Below, piece after piece: positions 11,830 to 24,349 of a stretch of DNA of 64,000 nt. Source of the stretch: Mustelus asterias (lineage: Eukaryota); assembly GCF_964213995.1 (NCBI RefSeq), contig NC_135811.1:77376001-77440000 (forward strand), written 5' to 3'. The position numbers were made by a program, and so were the translations under genes. The notes beneath the pieces were generated by a model. The model saw only the letters and a program-made list of their open reading frames with translations, was not told where the DNA came from and did not search any database. Positions within the stretch are counted from its first letter, which is position 1, and each line of letters opens with the position of its first letter.

Positions 11830-12163
11830 GGCGGCACGGTAGCACAGTGGTTAGCACTGCTGCTTCACAGCTCCAGGGACCTGGGTTCGATTCCCGGCTT
11901 GGGTCACTGTCTGTGTGGAGTTTGCACATTCTCCTCGTGTCTGCATGGGTTTCCTCCGGGTGCTCTGGTTTCCTCCCACAGTCCAAAGATGTGCAGGTTA
12001 GGTTGATTGGCCATGCTAAAATTGCCCCTTAGTGTCCTGAGATGCGTAGGTTAGAGGGATTAGTGGGTAAAATATGTGGGGATACAGGGGTGGGGCCTGG
12101 GTGGGATTGTGGTCAGCGCAGACTTGCCTCTTTCTGTACTGTAGGGTTTCTATGATTCTATGA
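11830..12163 (+). mobile_element. Full-length HE1-like SINE
   Basis: ggcggcacggtagcacagtggttagcactgctgc ... ggttcgattccc ... tctatgattctatg. Confidence 0.9.
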
Positions 12164-12279
12164 AGAAAAAATATAAAAAAGTACCAGTGTCACCTACATT
12201 CCAGACATCCACAATATGGGCACACATGTGTCTATGCCACCTTCATCCAATTTCTACAAGAAGTTAAAAAATCAGAGTA

Positions 12280-12690
12280 ATTTATAGCACAGAATGAGGC
12301 CATTCAGCCAATTGAGTCCATGCTAGTTCTTCACAAAACAATCTAGTCAGTTTCATTCACCTGCTCGTTCCCTGTAGCCCTGCAAGTTTATTTCTTTCAA
12401 TTACCTACCCAATTTCCATTTGACCATTGATTATATCTCCTCCTCCATCCTTGTGGGAAGAGAGTTCCAGCTCATTATTTCTGGTTGTGTAGAAAATCTT
12501 TCCTCATATTCCCATTTATTTCTTGGCCAACACCATACGTCTGTGTTCACTGTTCTCTGTACCATCAGCTAATGGGATAGCTTTTCTTGTCTACCTTATC
12601 TAACCTGCCATAACTGTGTACATCTTGATCAAATCTCCCTTCAACCTCCTGTGTTCCAAGGAACCTTTTCAACCTAACCATTTAACTAAA
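12280..12690 (-). mobile_element. Decayed CR1 3' fragment
   Basis: Resembles the minus-strand CR1 3' end at 170-560 (aggccattcagcc, aaatctcccttcaacctcc). Confidence 0.55.
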
Positions 12691-12785
12691 CACACTCTCC
12701 CCCGCCCCCCCCCCCCCCACCCCTCGTCCCCAACAACCCATCCCAACACCACCACTACCATCCTGAAATAATTTGGGTAAATTTG

Positions 12786-13340
12786 CACACCTGGACTATT
12801 GTGTGCCATTTTGGTGTCCTTATCTGAGGAAGGATGCGCTTGCTATAGTGGGAGTGCAGTGAAGGTTTACCAGGCTAATTCCTGGGATGGCAGGTCTGTC
12901 ATATGAGGAGAGACTAGGTCAGTTAGGATTGTATTCACTGGAGTTTAGAAAAGTGAGAGCAGATCTCATGGAAACTTATGAAATTCTAACAGGATTAGAT
13001 AGGGTAGATTAGGAAAGAATGTTCCTAATGGTGGGGGAGTTCGGAACTAGGGATCATAGTTTGAGGATAAGAGTAAACCTTTTAGATCTGAGGTGGGGAG
13101 AAATTTCTTCACCCAGAGCGTGGTGAATGTGTGAAATTCACTGCCTCAGAATGTAGTTCAAGCCAAAACGTTGTGTGATTTCAAGAAGAAATTAGATATA
13201 GCTCTTGGGGCTAAAGGGATCAAGGAATATGGGGGAAGAGGGATCAGGGTATTGAATTCGATGATCAGCCATGATGAAAATGAATGACTGAGAAGGCTCG
13301 AAGGGCTGAATGGCCTACTCCTGCTTCTAGTTTCTATGTT
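12786..13340 (+). mobile_element. CR1 LINE 3' fragment
   Basis: HLDYCVPFWCPYLRKD, RLIPGMAGLSYEERL and FFTQSVVNV remnants; 3' UTR ggctcgaagggctgaatggcctactcctg. Confidence 0.85.
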
Positions 13341-13690
13341 TCGCCAAACTTCCATGGATTGCATGTTCACCTTCTCAATCTCTCATCCCAGAAGTAGTTT
13401 TGCTAGTGTGTGCTTGCTTAGGTAAAGAAACAAAACTCACATTTTAAACATTCCAATAAGTACACAGCACAACACGCTGATAGTGAGCGGAGCGGTTCCC
13501 AATATAAATGGTTCCACATTTGAGAATCTTAAAACATATGAAACGACTTTTAAAATGAATTACTTATCTAAGTCTGGCCAGCAAAGGGACAACAGATGTG
13601 AAATTTTGGGTAACATCTGTCCAGCTTTTAATGTCGAAGTATAGGTTTGCATCCTAATTTATTAGAGATAATGCACTCTCTTATTAAGCA

Positions 13691-13700
13691 GAAAGTGAAA
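13691..13700 (+). promoter_or_regulatory. IRF element GAAAGTGAAA in the array IFN promoter (also at 20407, 26944, 35506, 41981, 50188, 56725, 63277)
   Basis: Perfect GAAANNGAAA ~265-275 bp upstream of each ATG, invariant in all 8 copies. Confidence 0.7.
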
Positions 13701-13965
13701 AAGGGTTCAAATGAAGAAGTCGTTTCTGGAAACAAGTTAAAAGATTCCCTGAAAACACACGGCGGTTAGAAGCAAAATCGATTGGTTTTTGTAACGTCAA
13801 AGGAATATCCTGGTTCACACCTTCAAATGGACACAATGGATGAATATTCCTTTCAATCCAACAGCGAAGGAGTTCAGCTGGTGTTAATATTGTGTTCGGC
13901 ACTGAACCCCGATCCAGTCACTTTCTGTGATTTCTGATCGCTGCTTTACCCTGTGTTGTTTCAAC

Positions 13966-15657
13966 ATGTTTGTGCCGAGTGTTTGCGGGCTGTGGATTTT
14001 GTTAATCTGTTTGCCCGGGATCCTGAGCCAGGACTGCCAGAGGCTGCAGTTACAGCAAGTCCTGAACAAGAATGCTCAAAGGTCCCTGAGGGACATGGTG
14101 AGTTTATACTGAGTTTCGGGGATTCGAGTAACCAATCCTAACTCGCAGCTTCTCGGGATAATCTCCTGTCGAGCAATTGCTGAGATTGAATCCGTTTCCT
14201 AATAAAAATGTAGATCATTTCCTTGATGGAATACACATTGAAGTATTAAAGTAGAGAAGGAAGTGTGTGGAAATGTGAAACACTTTGCACTTAGAGTGAT
14301 TCAGTTGGGTGGCCAGGTAAACATGTGAGAGGTAAAATATTTAAGCGAGTTGTGGAATGATTGTCCTGGTTTTGAGGGCAAGTTTCTGAGAGTAAGGACC
14401 GATGGTGAAGTGTGAGCTTGGAGCCGGTTTTGACAGTCACTCTGTTCTGTTGCAGGGAGGTCCCTTCCCATTCCAGTGTATGGCAACGAGAGAATCACTG
14501 AAAACCAAATCCCTGGACCTGCACCAGCTCATCAAGAGATTACAGGTGAGTGGTGCACTTTGTAACCTGTCTGATCATTGTGTTAGTACTGTCAGGTATA
14601 ATAGATATGTGGGGAATGTATCCACATCCCCAGTAGGAACAATGTAAATGATATTTAAAGGCAAAGGCTTTATTTAATTTATTATAGAACATAGAACATA
14701 GAAAAAATACAGCACAAACAGGCCCTTCGGCCCACAAGTTGTGCCGGTCATGTCCCTACCTACCTAGGCTTATATATTGTCATAAGACTGAAAATGTAAT
14801 GTTGACCATTTTGGGGGACCGACAGACATTCTGCGGAATAGTCTGTCCTTTTTCTCTCCATTTACTCCAAAATGCTGACAGTATCGGGTTAGCTCAGCAA
14901 AAGAGGACGATAACAGGAACCAGTTTGATAATGATCAATGTTGCCACCACAAAAAACGGTGTTGACTTTTTAAATTCGAGCTCCAACTTCTGTGTGAAAA
15001 GCTGCCCCTCAGGTCCGTTTAAAATCTTTCCCCTCTCACGTTAAACCTATGGTCTCTAGTTTAGGACTCCCCTACACTCCTCTACTAAATCTGCCATCCC
15101 TTGAACCACTGGCCCAGTTGTGCAAGATCACGTTGTCGTCTTAAATAACCTCCTATTTAAATAATCAGCTAAAGGAGAAATGTCCTCACTAATGTCGTTA
15201 TGTATATTTTGTCCAGACTCAGGACAAGATCCACATTGTCCACCAAACCCTGCGCCGCATCAACAAGATCTACAGCATGAATCTGGGCTCAGTCACATGG
15301 GCCCGGGACAAGGTGGAACATTTCCGGTTGCTCCTGGATCGGCAGCTCAGTGAGCTGGAAGAATGTGTCAGGAACCCGGGATCCAGGCTGAGGAGAAACT
15401 CCACCATTCACAATTACTTTAGGAAACTGGAAAAGTTTCTCAAACAGCAGGTGGGACAATGGATAATTGACTGTGTGATTACCGGCATGTCGTTTCTTTC
15501 ACCCCATTGAAATCTGTTCATTCTCTAATCCATGTCCCTCAATGTTTCCATTTCTCAGGGATTCAGTGAGTGTGCCTGGGAAATAATCCGCACCGAGACC
15601 AGAGGCCGATTACAACAGCTCCTTCTCATAACGGCACAAATCAGCGGAAGCAATTAA
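13966..15657 (+). CDS. Type I interferon, array copy 1; 4 exons, 184 aa
   Basis: Exons 13966-14097, 14456-14545, 15217-15450, 15559-15657; GT-AG phase 0. Signal peptide MFVPSVCGLWILLICLPGILS; C24, C52, C124, C157; IHNYFRKLEKFLKQQ-GFSECAWEIIR motif. Confidence 0.95.
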
Positions 15658-16030
15658 ATAATTTCTATCGATATATTTAATGAAGACTGGGGAACAGTGA
15701 TTATTTATTTAAAGATTGTATAATTTTTATCGAAGGATTATATTATTCAGTCAGCTGCACAAGCCGGTTTACCAGTTTGAGAATGGCCATTGTACAACAT
15801 AATATCATAATGAAATAATAATATATATTTTTATAATATTTAATTTATGAGTCTAATATTCATACCTGGATGCACTGTGTGAACATATTTCAAATCTAAA
15901 AATATTTGATGAATGCGAGAGAGGCTGCAAGATATATATTTATTGACACCAGTTTTATATTGTAATAGACTGTATTTACCGGCGTCAAATGTGTCCCAAA
16001 TTGCAGTTTCACAATAAATATTTTGAACTT
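15658..16030 (+). promoter_or_regulatory. AU-rich 3' UTR with poly(A) signal AATAAA at 16013-16018 (repeated in each complete copy)
   Basis: ttatttatttaa, tttaatttat and tatttatt AREs typical of cytokine mRNAs. Confidence 0.7.
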
Positions 16031-16400
16031 TGAATTTCACGATGTTGTCTTCGTTTTCGCATTAATACCGATGTTGGCTGGCTGTTTCTGTTCATCTTGT
16101 GTGAGACATTTAAGTCATTGGGTTATGGAGGTTGTGCGGCCCAGTGCACAGCGCCAAAACCTTTGAGCCAGAACTTCCGAATTCAAGTCCACGCCAAGAA
16201 TGTCGGATCTGAAAGCGATGTTTATGAGCGGATTCAAATGAATTACTTCCCCACTATTGTCCCAAAGGGAAAATAAGTGTGTGCAGATACGAAACAAAAC
16301 ATCGAAATGTGTGTCTCTTGTTAATAGCTACAGAATAGAAACTGGTACATTTCCAGAAGCTGCATTTACTTCTTTGAGCCCGGGATTAGCTATGCTGCCC

Positions 16401-17116
16401 TCTGTCAGAACCGACCTGGCGAAACGCGCCATTTACCGGTCCAGGCAGCGGGCGATCGAGGGGGCCGTCCATCCTGACTGTCTTCCCCTCTACCGCGGCT
16501 ACGTTCGCGGCCAGGTGTCCCTGGAGAGGGAGCATGCGGTGTCCACGGGCGAGGTTGACGCTTTCCGCGCCCGCTGGGCACCGCAGGGGTTGGGGTGCAT
16601 TATTGACCCTAATAATCACATTTTAATTTGATGTTTTTAAGTTTCCTTTGCATTTTGATTTCTGTTCGGGCTGTTCCCCCTCCTTTTTGGGGAGCTGCCC
16701 CTTTTACTTTGTCCTGATTTAATTTGAGTTTGTTTACTTGGTTTGACCTAAAAAGAGGTCTGTCAGAACCGACCTGGCGAAACGCGCCATTTACCGGTCC
16801 AGGCAGCGGGCGATCGAGGGGGCCGTCCATCCTGACTGTCTTCCCCTCTACCGCGGCTACGTTCGCGGCCAGGTGTCCCTGGAGAGGGAGCATGCGGTGT
16901 CCATGGGCGAGGTTGACGCTTTCCACGCCCGCTGGGCACCGCAGGGGTTGGGGTGCATTATTGACCCTAATAATCACATTTTAATTTGATGTTTTTAAGT
17001 TTCCTTTGCATTTTGATTTCTGTTCGGGCTGTTCCCCCTCCTTTTTGGGGAGCTGCCCCTTTTACTTTGTCCTGATTTAATTTGAGTTTGTTTACTTGGT
17101 TTGACCTAAAAAGAGG
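16401..17116 (+). mobile_element. Tandem pair of 344-bp 3' fragments of a Tx1-like non-LTR retrotransposon
   Basis: GC/CpG-rich; encodes LAKRAIYRSRQRAIEG...FRARWAPQG...NHILI*, resembling Tx1 ORF2 C-termini. 358-bp period, with tctgtcagaaccga at 16401 and 16759. Confidence 0.75.
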
Positions 17117-17632
17117 TTTCTCCTTTTCTTATATATGAACGGTATGCTTTGTCTATACAGCGAGCAAGAAACAATATTTTTCACGGTATACCAATACACG
17201 TGACAATAAATCAAATCAAAATCACCAGTGCAGCAGGCATGGCAGTGCGAAATAGAGGGTTGAACTTGTTGCCACTTTCAGCCAGAAATGCCAAGTAATG
17301 AGCTGTTTTGCCTCCGCCGGCTTCAGCTGGACTTGCCGATCGCATCTCTCAAAACTCTATCCTGGTTTGGAACGCATTCCGGCCCTGTTCCTATTCTTCT
17401 CTCAATATCTCAGCAGCTGCAAGTTTGTAAATGGCATTCGTTCCTCACTATTTGATGGCGAGGAAAAAAAGACAGGAAGTATAAGGAAAAGTTAACATTC
17501 ACCCCAATAGACCCTGCCGGAGGGGTGGAGAGGGTAAAGGAGAATGAGGCAGGAGACCCAAGAGTTACTGTGTCACCGTGACCTGAAATGTCTCACAATG
17601 ATTCAGATAGAGCATTGACTCTTTAATCATTT

Positions 17633-19284
17633 AGAACATAGAACAGTACAGCACAGAACAGGCTCTTCAGCCCACGATGTTGTGCCGAGCTTTAGCTGAA
17701 ACCAAGATCAAGCTATCCCACTCCCTATCATCCTGGTGTGCTCCATGTGCCTATCCAATAACCGCTTTAATGTTCCTAAAGTGTCTGACTCCACTATCAC
17801 TGCAGGCAGTCCATTCCACTCTGTGCGTAAAGAACCAACCTCTGATATCCTTCCTATATCTCCCACCATGAACCCTATAGTTATGCCCTCTTGTAATAGC
17901 TCCATCCACCCGAGGAAATAGTCTTTGAACGTTCACTCTATCTATCCCCTTCATCATTTTATAAACCTCTATGAAGTCTCCCCTCAGCCTCCTCCGCTCC
18001 AGATAGAACAGCCCTAGCTCCCTCAACCTTTCCTCATAAGACCTACCCTCCAAACCAGGCAGCATCCTGGTAAATCTCCTCTGCACTCTTTCCAGCGCTT
18101 CCACATCCTTCTTATAGTGAGGTGACCAGAACTGCACACAATATTCCAAATGTGGTCTCACCAAGGTCCTGTACAGTTGCAGCATAACCCCACGACTCTC
18201 AAACTCCAACCCCCTGTTAATAAAAGCTAACACACTAGAGGCGTTCTACACAGCTCTATCCACTTGAGTGGCAACCTTTAGAGATCTGTGGATATGGACC
18301 CCAAGATCTCTCTGTTCCTCCACAGTCTTCAGAACCCTACCTTTGACCCTGTAATCCACATTTAAATTAGTCCTACCAAAATGAATCACCTCACATTTAT
18401 CAGGGTTAAACTCCATTTGCCATTTTTCAGCCCAGCTTTGCATCCTATCTATGTCTCTTTGCAGCCTACAACAGCCCTCCACCTCATCCACTACTCCACC
18501 AATCTTGGTGTCATCAGCAAATTTACTGATCCACCCTTCAGCCCCCTCCTCTAAGCTATTAATAAAAATCACAAAGAGCAGAGGACCAAGCACTGATCCC
18601 TGCGGCACTCCGCTAGCAACCTGCCTCCAATCCGAAAATTTTCCATCCACCACCACCCTCTGTCTTCGATCAGACAGCCAATTACCTATCCAATCGGCCA
18701 ACTTTCCCTCTATCCCACACCTCCTCACTTTCATCATAAGCCGACCATGGGGGACCTTCTCAAATGCCCTACTAAAATCCATGTATATGACATCAACTGC
18801 CCTACCTTCATCAACACACTTAGTTACCTCCTCAAAAAATTCAATCAAATTTGTGAGGCACGACTTGCCTTTCACGAATCCGTGCTGACTATCCTGGATT
18901 AATCCGCATCTTTCTAAATGGTCGTAAATCCCATCTCTAAGGAACTTTTCCATCAATTTACCAACCACCGAAGTAAGACTAACCGGTCTATAATTACCAG
19001 GGTCATTTCTATTCCCTTTCTTAAACAGAGGAACAACATTCGCCATTCTCCAGTCCTCTGGCACCAACCCGGGGACAGCGAGGACCCAAAGATCAAAGCC
19101 AAAGGCTCTGCAATCTCACCCCTTGCCTCCCAAAGAATGCTAGGATATATTTCATCAGGCCCCAGGGGACTTATCGACCTTCAGTTTATTCAAAACTGCC
19201 AGGACATCCTCCCTCCGAACATCTATTTCCTCCAGCCTATTAGCTTGTAACACCTTCTCTTCCTCAAAAACATGGCCCCTCTCC
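17633..19284 (-). mobile_element. 5'-truncated CR1 LINE (frameshifted), upstream of IFN copy 2
   Basis: RT ORFs 18246..19067 and 17751..18233; agaacatagaac tail; absent from the equivalent site at ~25815. Confidence 0.95.
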
Positions 19285-20670
19285 TTTAACTTGTTCTAAA
19301 TGCACTATTAGGCTGGAGCTAGAAGTTAATCTTCAAGCATCGTGTCTTTATATTAACATTGGTGTCTCTACAAAGAAGCAGGTCTCAATTGATTAAGTTC
19401 ATGAGTAGGTGAGTCAATCATGTCGTGAATGTTTCCAGAATCAATTCCAATGAGGTTCTTGCCCTTGGCTGTGATTGTGGCAGAGGGGTTATAATGGGCC
19501 GTGAGGTAAAGCAGGGTAAATTAGTCCATATTGTATCCAGTTTCTGCTCATTATCCATTGATGCATTTTTGCAGTCTATCTGTGTGTGCTGTGAGGATAG
19601 TTCAGGACCAACAACCTCCTGCTGACAAAGCAGTCAAGCGCATTCACAATGGCCTCTTTGTGAAATAACAGTCTGCACAGTTAGCTTCACCATGAATGAA
19701 TGTCTGTTGGGGAGGAATGAGAGGAGACAGACTTTAAGGGGAGATGGGAACAAACTCAACAGCCAGTCTCCTATTGGCAGGCCCATTGGATTTCAGTGGA
19801 AGTCAAATTCCATCATTCCATCGAGTTGTTCAGTGAATACTTAATTACAGAGTCAGGACATTACAACCATGTCCTTTATGGAAGGAAATCTGCCATTCTT
19901 ACTTGGTCTGGCCCACATGTGACTCCAGATCCACAGCAATGTGGTTGACTCTCAACTGCTCTAGGGCAACTAAGGATGGGCAACAAACGCTAGCCAGCTC
20001 GCGATGTCCATGTCCCACGAATGAATAAAACAAAATCCTTGAGTTTAAATGAGCATCCAGGATTTTTAGTGCAGTTTCCATAATGGCATTGAATCAATTC
20101 ACTTCTCACCTTCCCCGCCACATCAAACCCATCATTCTTCCCTGTTAGAGCCCAGCCTAATATTTTAAATCTCATCCAATTCTGAACAGATTACACTGAC
20201 TGTGAGTCATGCAGTTCCCGAGATAAGGTGGTTCCGCATTTTAGAATCTTAAAACATATGCAATGATTTTTTTAACGGATGTTTTTCTCAAGCCAAAAAA
20301 GGGCCAACAGAGGCAAATGTTTGGGTAGCATCTGTCCGATTTTTAATATCAAAGGATATATTTGCATCCAAATTTATGAGAGATAATGCATTCCCTTAAT
20401 TAAGCAGAAAGTGAAAACGGTTTCAAATGAAGAAGTCGTTTCTGGAAACATGTTAAAAGATTCCCTGAAAACACACCGCGGTTAGAAGCAAAATCGACTC
20501 GATTTTGTAACGTCAAAGGAATATCCTGGTTCACACCTTCAAAAGGACACAATGGATGAATATTCCTTGCAATCCTACAGCGAAGGATTTCAGCTGGTGT
20601 TCGGCACTGAACCCCGATCCAGTCACTTTCTGTGATTTCTGATCGCTGCTTTACCCTGTGTTGGTTCAAC

Positions 20671-22499
20671 ATGTTTGTTCCGAGTGTTTGCGGGCTGTGG
20701 ATTTTGTTAATCTGTTTGCCCGGGATCCTGAGCCAGGACTGCCAGAGGCTGCAGTTACAGCAAGTCCTTAACAAGAATGCTCAAAGGTCCCTGAGGGACA
20801 TGGTGAGTTTATACAGAGATCCGGGATTCGAGTAACCAATCCAAACTTGCAGCTTCTCGGGATAATCTCCTGTCGAGGAATTGCTGAGATTAAATGTGTT
20901 CTCCTCCAAAAGTGCAGAGCATCTCCTTGATGTAATGCACATTGAAGTATTAAAATATAGAAGGAAGTGTGTGGAAATGTGAAACACTTTTTACGAAGAG
21001 TGATTTATTTCGATGGTCAGTAAAATATGTGAGAGATAAAATGCTTCAGCGAGTTGTTGAATGACCGTGCTGGATTTGGGGGCAAGTTTCTGAGAGTAAG
21101 GACCGCTTGTGAAGTGTGAGCTTGGAGCCGGTTCTGACAGTCACTCTGTCCTGTTGCAGGGAGGTCCCTTCCCATTCCAGTGTATGGCAACGAGAGAATC
21201 ACTGAAGACCAAATCCCTGGACCTGCACCAGCTCATCAAGAGGTTACAGGTGAGTGTGCACTTTGCAACCTGTCTGATCATTCTGTTAATGCTACCAGGT
21301 ATAATAGATATATCGGATAATGTATCCACATCCCCCCAACAGTAGGAACAATGTAAATGATTTTTAAAGGCAAAGACTTTATTTTGTTGATTGTCGTAAG
21401 ACTGAAAATTTAATGTTGAGCATTTTGGGGACTGATAGACATTCTGCGGAATAGTTTGACCTTCTTCTCTCCATTTACCCCAAAATGCTGTCAGTACCAG
21501 ATTTGCTCGCCAAAAGAGGAAAATACCAGTAACCAGTTTGATATTGATCAAAATTGTCACCAGAAAAGACGGTGTTGACTTTTGAAATTCGTGATTCTTA
21601 CACTTTTACTGCGTAAACGTGGAATCAGAGAGATATACAGCACGGAAACAGGCCTTTCCGCCCGAATCGTCCATTGCGACCAGGTTTCTTGAACTGAACT
21701 GGCCCCATTTGCCTGTGTTTGGCCCATATCCCTCTAAACTTTTCCTATGCATGTACCTGTCCAAATGACTTTCAAATGTTGTAATATATCCTGCTTCTGC
21801 CACTTCCTCTCATTCCATATACACACCATCCTCTGTGTGAAAAAGTTGCCCCTCAGGTAGCTTTTAAATCATTCCCCTCTCCCTTAAATCTATGCCCTCT
21901 AGTTTTGGACTCCTGTACACTTCTCTACTCAATCTGCTATTTCTTGGACCAATGACCCAGTTGATCAAGATCACGTTGTCGTCTTAAATAACCTCCTATT
22001 TAAATAATCAGCTAAAGGAGAAATGTCCTCAATATGTCGTTGTGTATATTTTGTCCAGACTCAGGACAGGATCCGAATTGTCCATCAAACCCTGCGCCAC
22101 ATCAACAAGGTCTACAGCATGAATCTGGGCTCAGTCACATGGGCGCGGGACAAGGTGGAACATTTCCGGCTGCTCCTGGATCGGCAGCTCAGTGAGCTGG
22201 AAGAATGTGTCAGGAACCCGGGATCCAGGCTGAGGAGAAACTCCACCATTCACAATTACTTTAGGAAACTGGAAAAGTTTCTCAAACAGCAGGTGGGACA
22301 ATGGATAATTGACTGTGTGATTACCGGCATGTTGTTTCTTTCACCCCATTGAAATCTGTTCATTCTCTAATCCATGTCCCTCAATGTTTCCATTTCTCAG
22401 GGATTCAGTGAGTGTGCCTGGGAAATAATCCGCACGGAGACCAGAGGCCGATTACAACAGCTCCTTCTCATAACGGCACAAATCAGCAGAAGCAATTAA
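20671..22499 (+). CDS. Type I interferon, array copy 2 (subtype A), 184 aa
   Basis: Exons 20671-20802, 21160-21249, 22059-22292, 22401-22499; intact, CAWE motif. Confidence 0.95.
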
Positions 22500-24349
22500 A
22501 GAATTTCTTTCGATATATTTATATGAAGACAAAGAACAGTAATTATTTATTTAAAGATTGTATAATTTTTATCGAAGGATTATATTGTTCAGTCAGCTGC
22601 ACAAGCCGGTTTGGTTTACCAGTGTGAGAATGGCCATTGTACAACATAATATCAGAATGAAATAATAATATACCTTTTTAATATTTAATTTATGAGTCTA
22701 ATATTCATACCTGGATGCACTGTGTGAACCTATTTCAAAACTAAAAATATTTGATGAATGCGAGAGGCTGCAAGATATATATTTATTTACAGCAGTTTTA
22801 TATTGTAATAGACTGTATTTATTGGCATCAGATGTGTCCCAAATTACAGTTTCACAATAAATATTTTGAACTTTGAGTTTCATGATGTTGTCTTCGTTTC
22901 CACATTGATGTCGATGTCAGCTGGGTGTTTCTGTTCATCTTATGTGAGAGATTTCAATCACTGGGTTATGGAGTTTGGGCGGCCCAGTGCTTCCGAATTC
23001 ATGTCCCTCGCCAAGACTCTATCTGTTCTGGATGATGTTTATGAGCGGATTCAAATGAATTACTTCCGCACTATTGTCCTAAAGTGTGTGCAGATACGAA
23101 ATAAGACATCGAAATATGTGTCTCTTGTTAATAGCTGCAGAATAGAAACTGGTACATTTCGAGAAGTTGCATTTACTTCTTTGAGCACGGGATTAGCTGT
23201 GCTGTCCTCTGTCAGAACCGAAATGTATTCAATTGCTGTTCAAATGCACACCCACTGTCAATGAGCACCTGGTGATCTACTCAGGTTATAGACCATTAAT
23301 GTAAACAGCATCGGAGAAACATACTCCATTCTCAATATTTAACCGTTTCTTAACCTGAATGCTTTGATGTTAAATATATTATCAGTTTTCCTCTTTGACT
23401 GTGCTGTGTTTGCAATTTTTGATTTCTTGAAATCATGTCTAAATGCAAACAAATATCTATCGAAAAGATTCCCACTGTTTGCAACTCAGATTTACATCAG
23501 GTCATGGTATTTTTTTTCAAGACTCAAACATTTTGGCTAAATATTACATGGTACAAAATGATTCAATTATTCGCAACACCGAAGTGAACGAAATGGAAAT
23601 AAAACGGCCTTGTTATAGAGAAAAAGTAATAAAGTCCGGTCAAAGAATCCCTTCAATATATCGAGAAATACAACTATAATCAGAATGTATAATAGCTATT
23701 GACTGTGAAGCTTAGCTTTCCATTCAGGGTGGCACCACAACACAATCAGCAGATGTTCAGGGGTAAATGAATGGTTTGTTGGCGATCAGTCGCCCAGATG
23801 TGACCTTATTGTTTTCGGGGCAATGTGTCTCCTGATAGCGTAACGCTTCCATTTGGTAGGAAGGGGTTTCCACTGCGAATTCATCTCAAAGCTCTGTTTA
23901 CACATTGTTGATCATCTCTTAGCAAGAAATTGCATTGTGCAAAGATTTTGCGACATTCATTGAAACGCTGACCATTAATGAGCACAAAGTGTACCTTTCC
24001 ACTTATTGGTTAACAAGACTGAAATACCTGTCATCTGCATTATTTCTCGAATTTCCCTCCAGTGCGAAGTTGCTTTGCGGCACTGTGTCTTTTTGGAGCA
24101 CTTACAACTATGCATATCATGAAAGCATTATCATCATGTAAAAAATTGTATACTATTTCATATACATATAGTGAAGAGAAAAAGCAGCGTTGCCCACATT
24201 ATTGTCATTTCTCACCTTTTTTTGGCCATCGGGGATTTTCCAATGCATGTTGCATTTCACCCCATCATCGACACAACAATGTAGGATATGTTTCTGAAAG
24301 GCATTTGCCATATGAAGTTGAGAATGGTGGTCGATAGTTAAACAACCAA

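Noticed and set aside
11375-12740. G-tract (~11375-11420) and C-tract (~12699-12730) as an inverted pair or functional G-quadruplex
   Set aside because: Low-complexity expansions in or beside decayed LINEs; flanks are unrelated.
17298-17495. Recurrent 60-100 aa ORFs in each unit (e.g. MSCFASAGFSW..., MNVSRINS..., MQTNIYRKD...)
   Set aside because: They recur only because the units are recent duplicates; no recognisable domain or exon structure.
18451-18888. 145-aa plus-strand ORF and similar ones at 1043, 33545 and 48227
   Set aside because: Antisense shadows of the CR1 RT frame.
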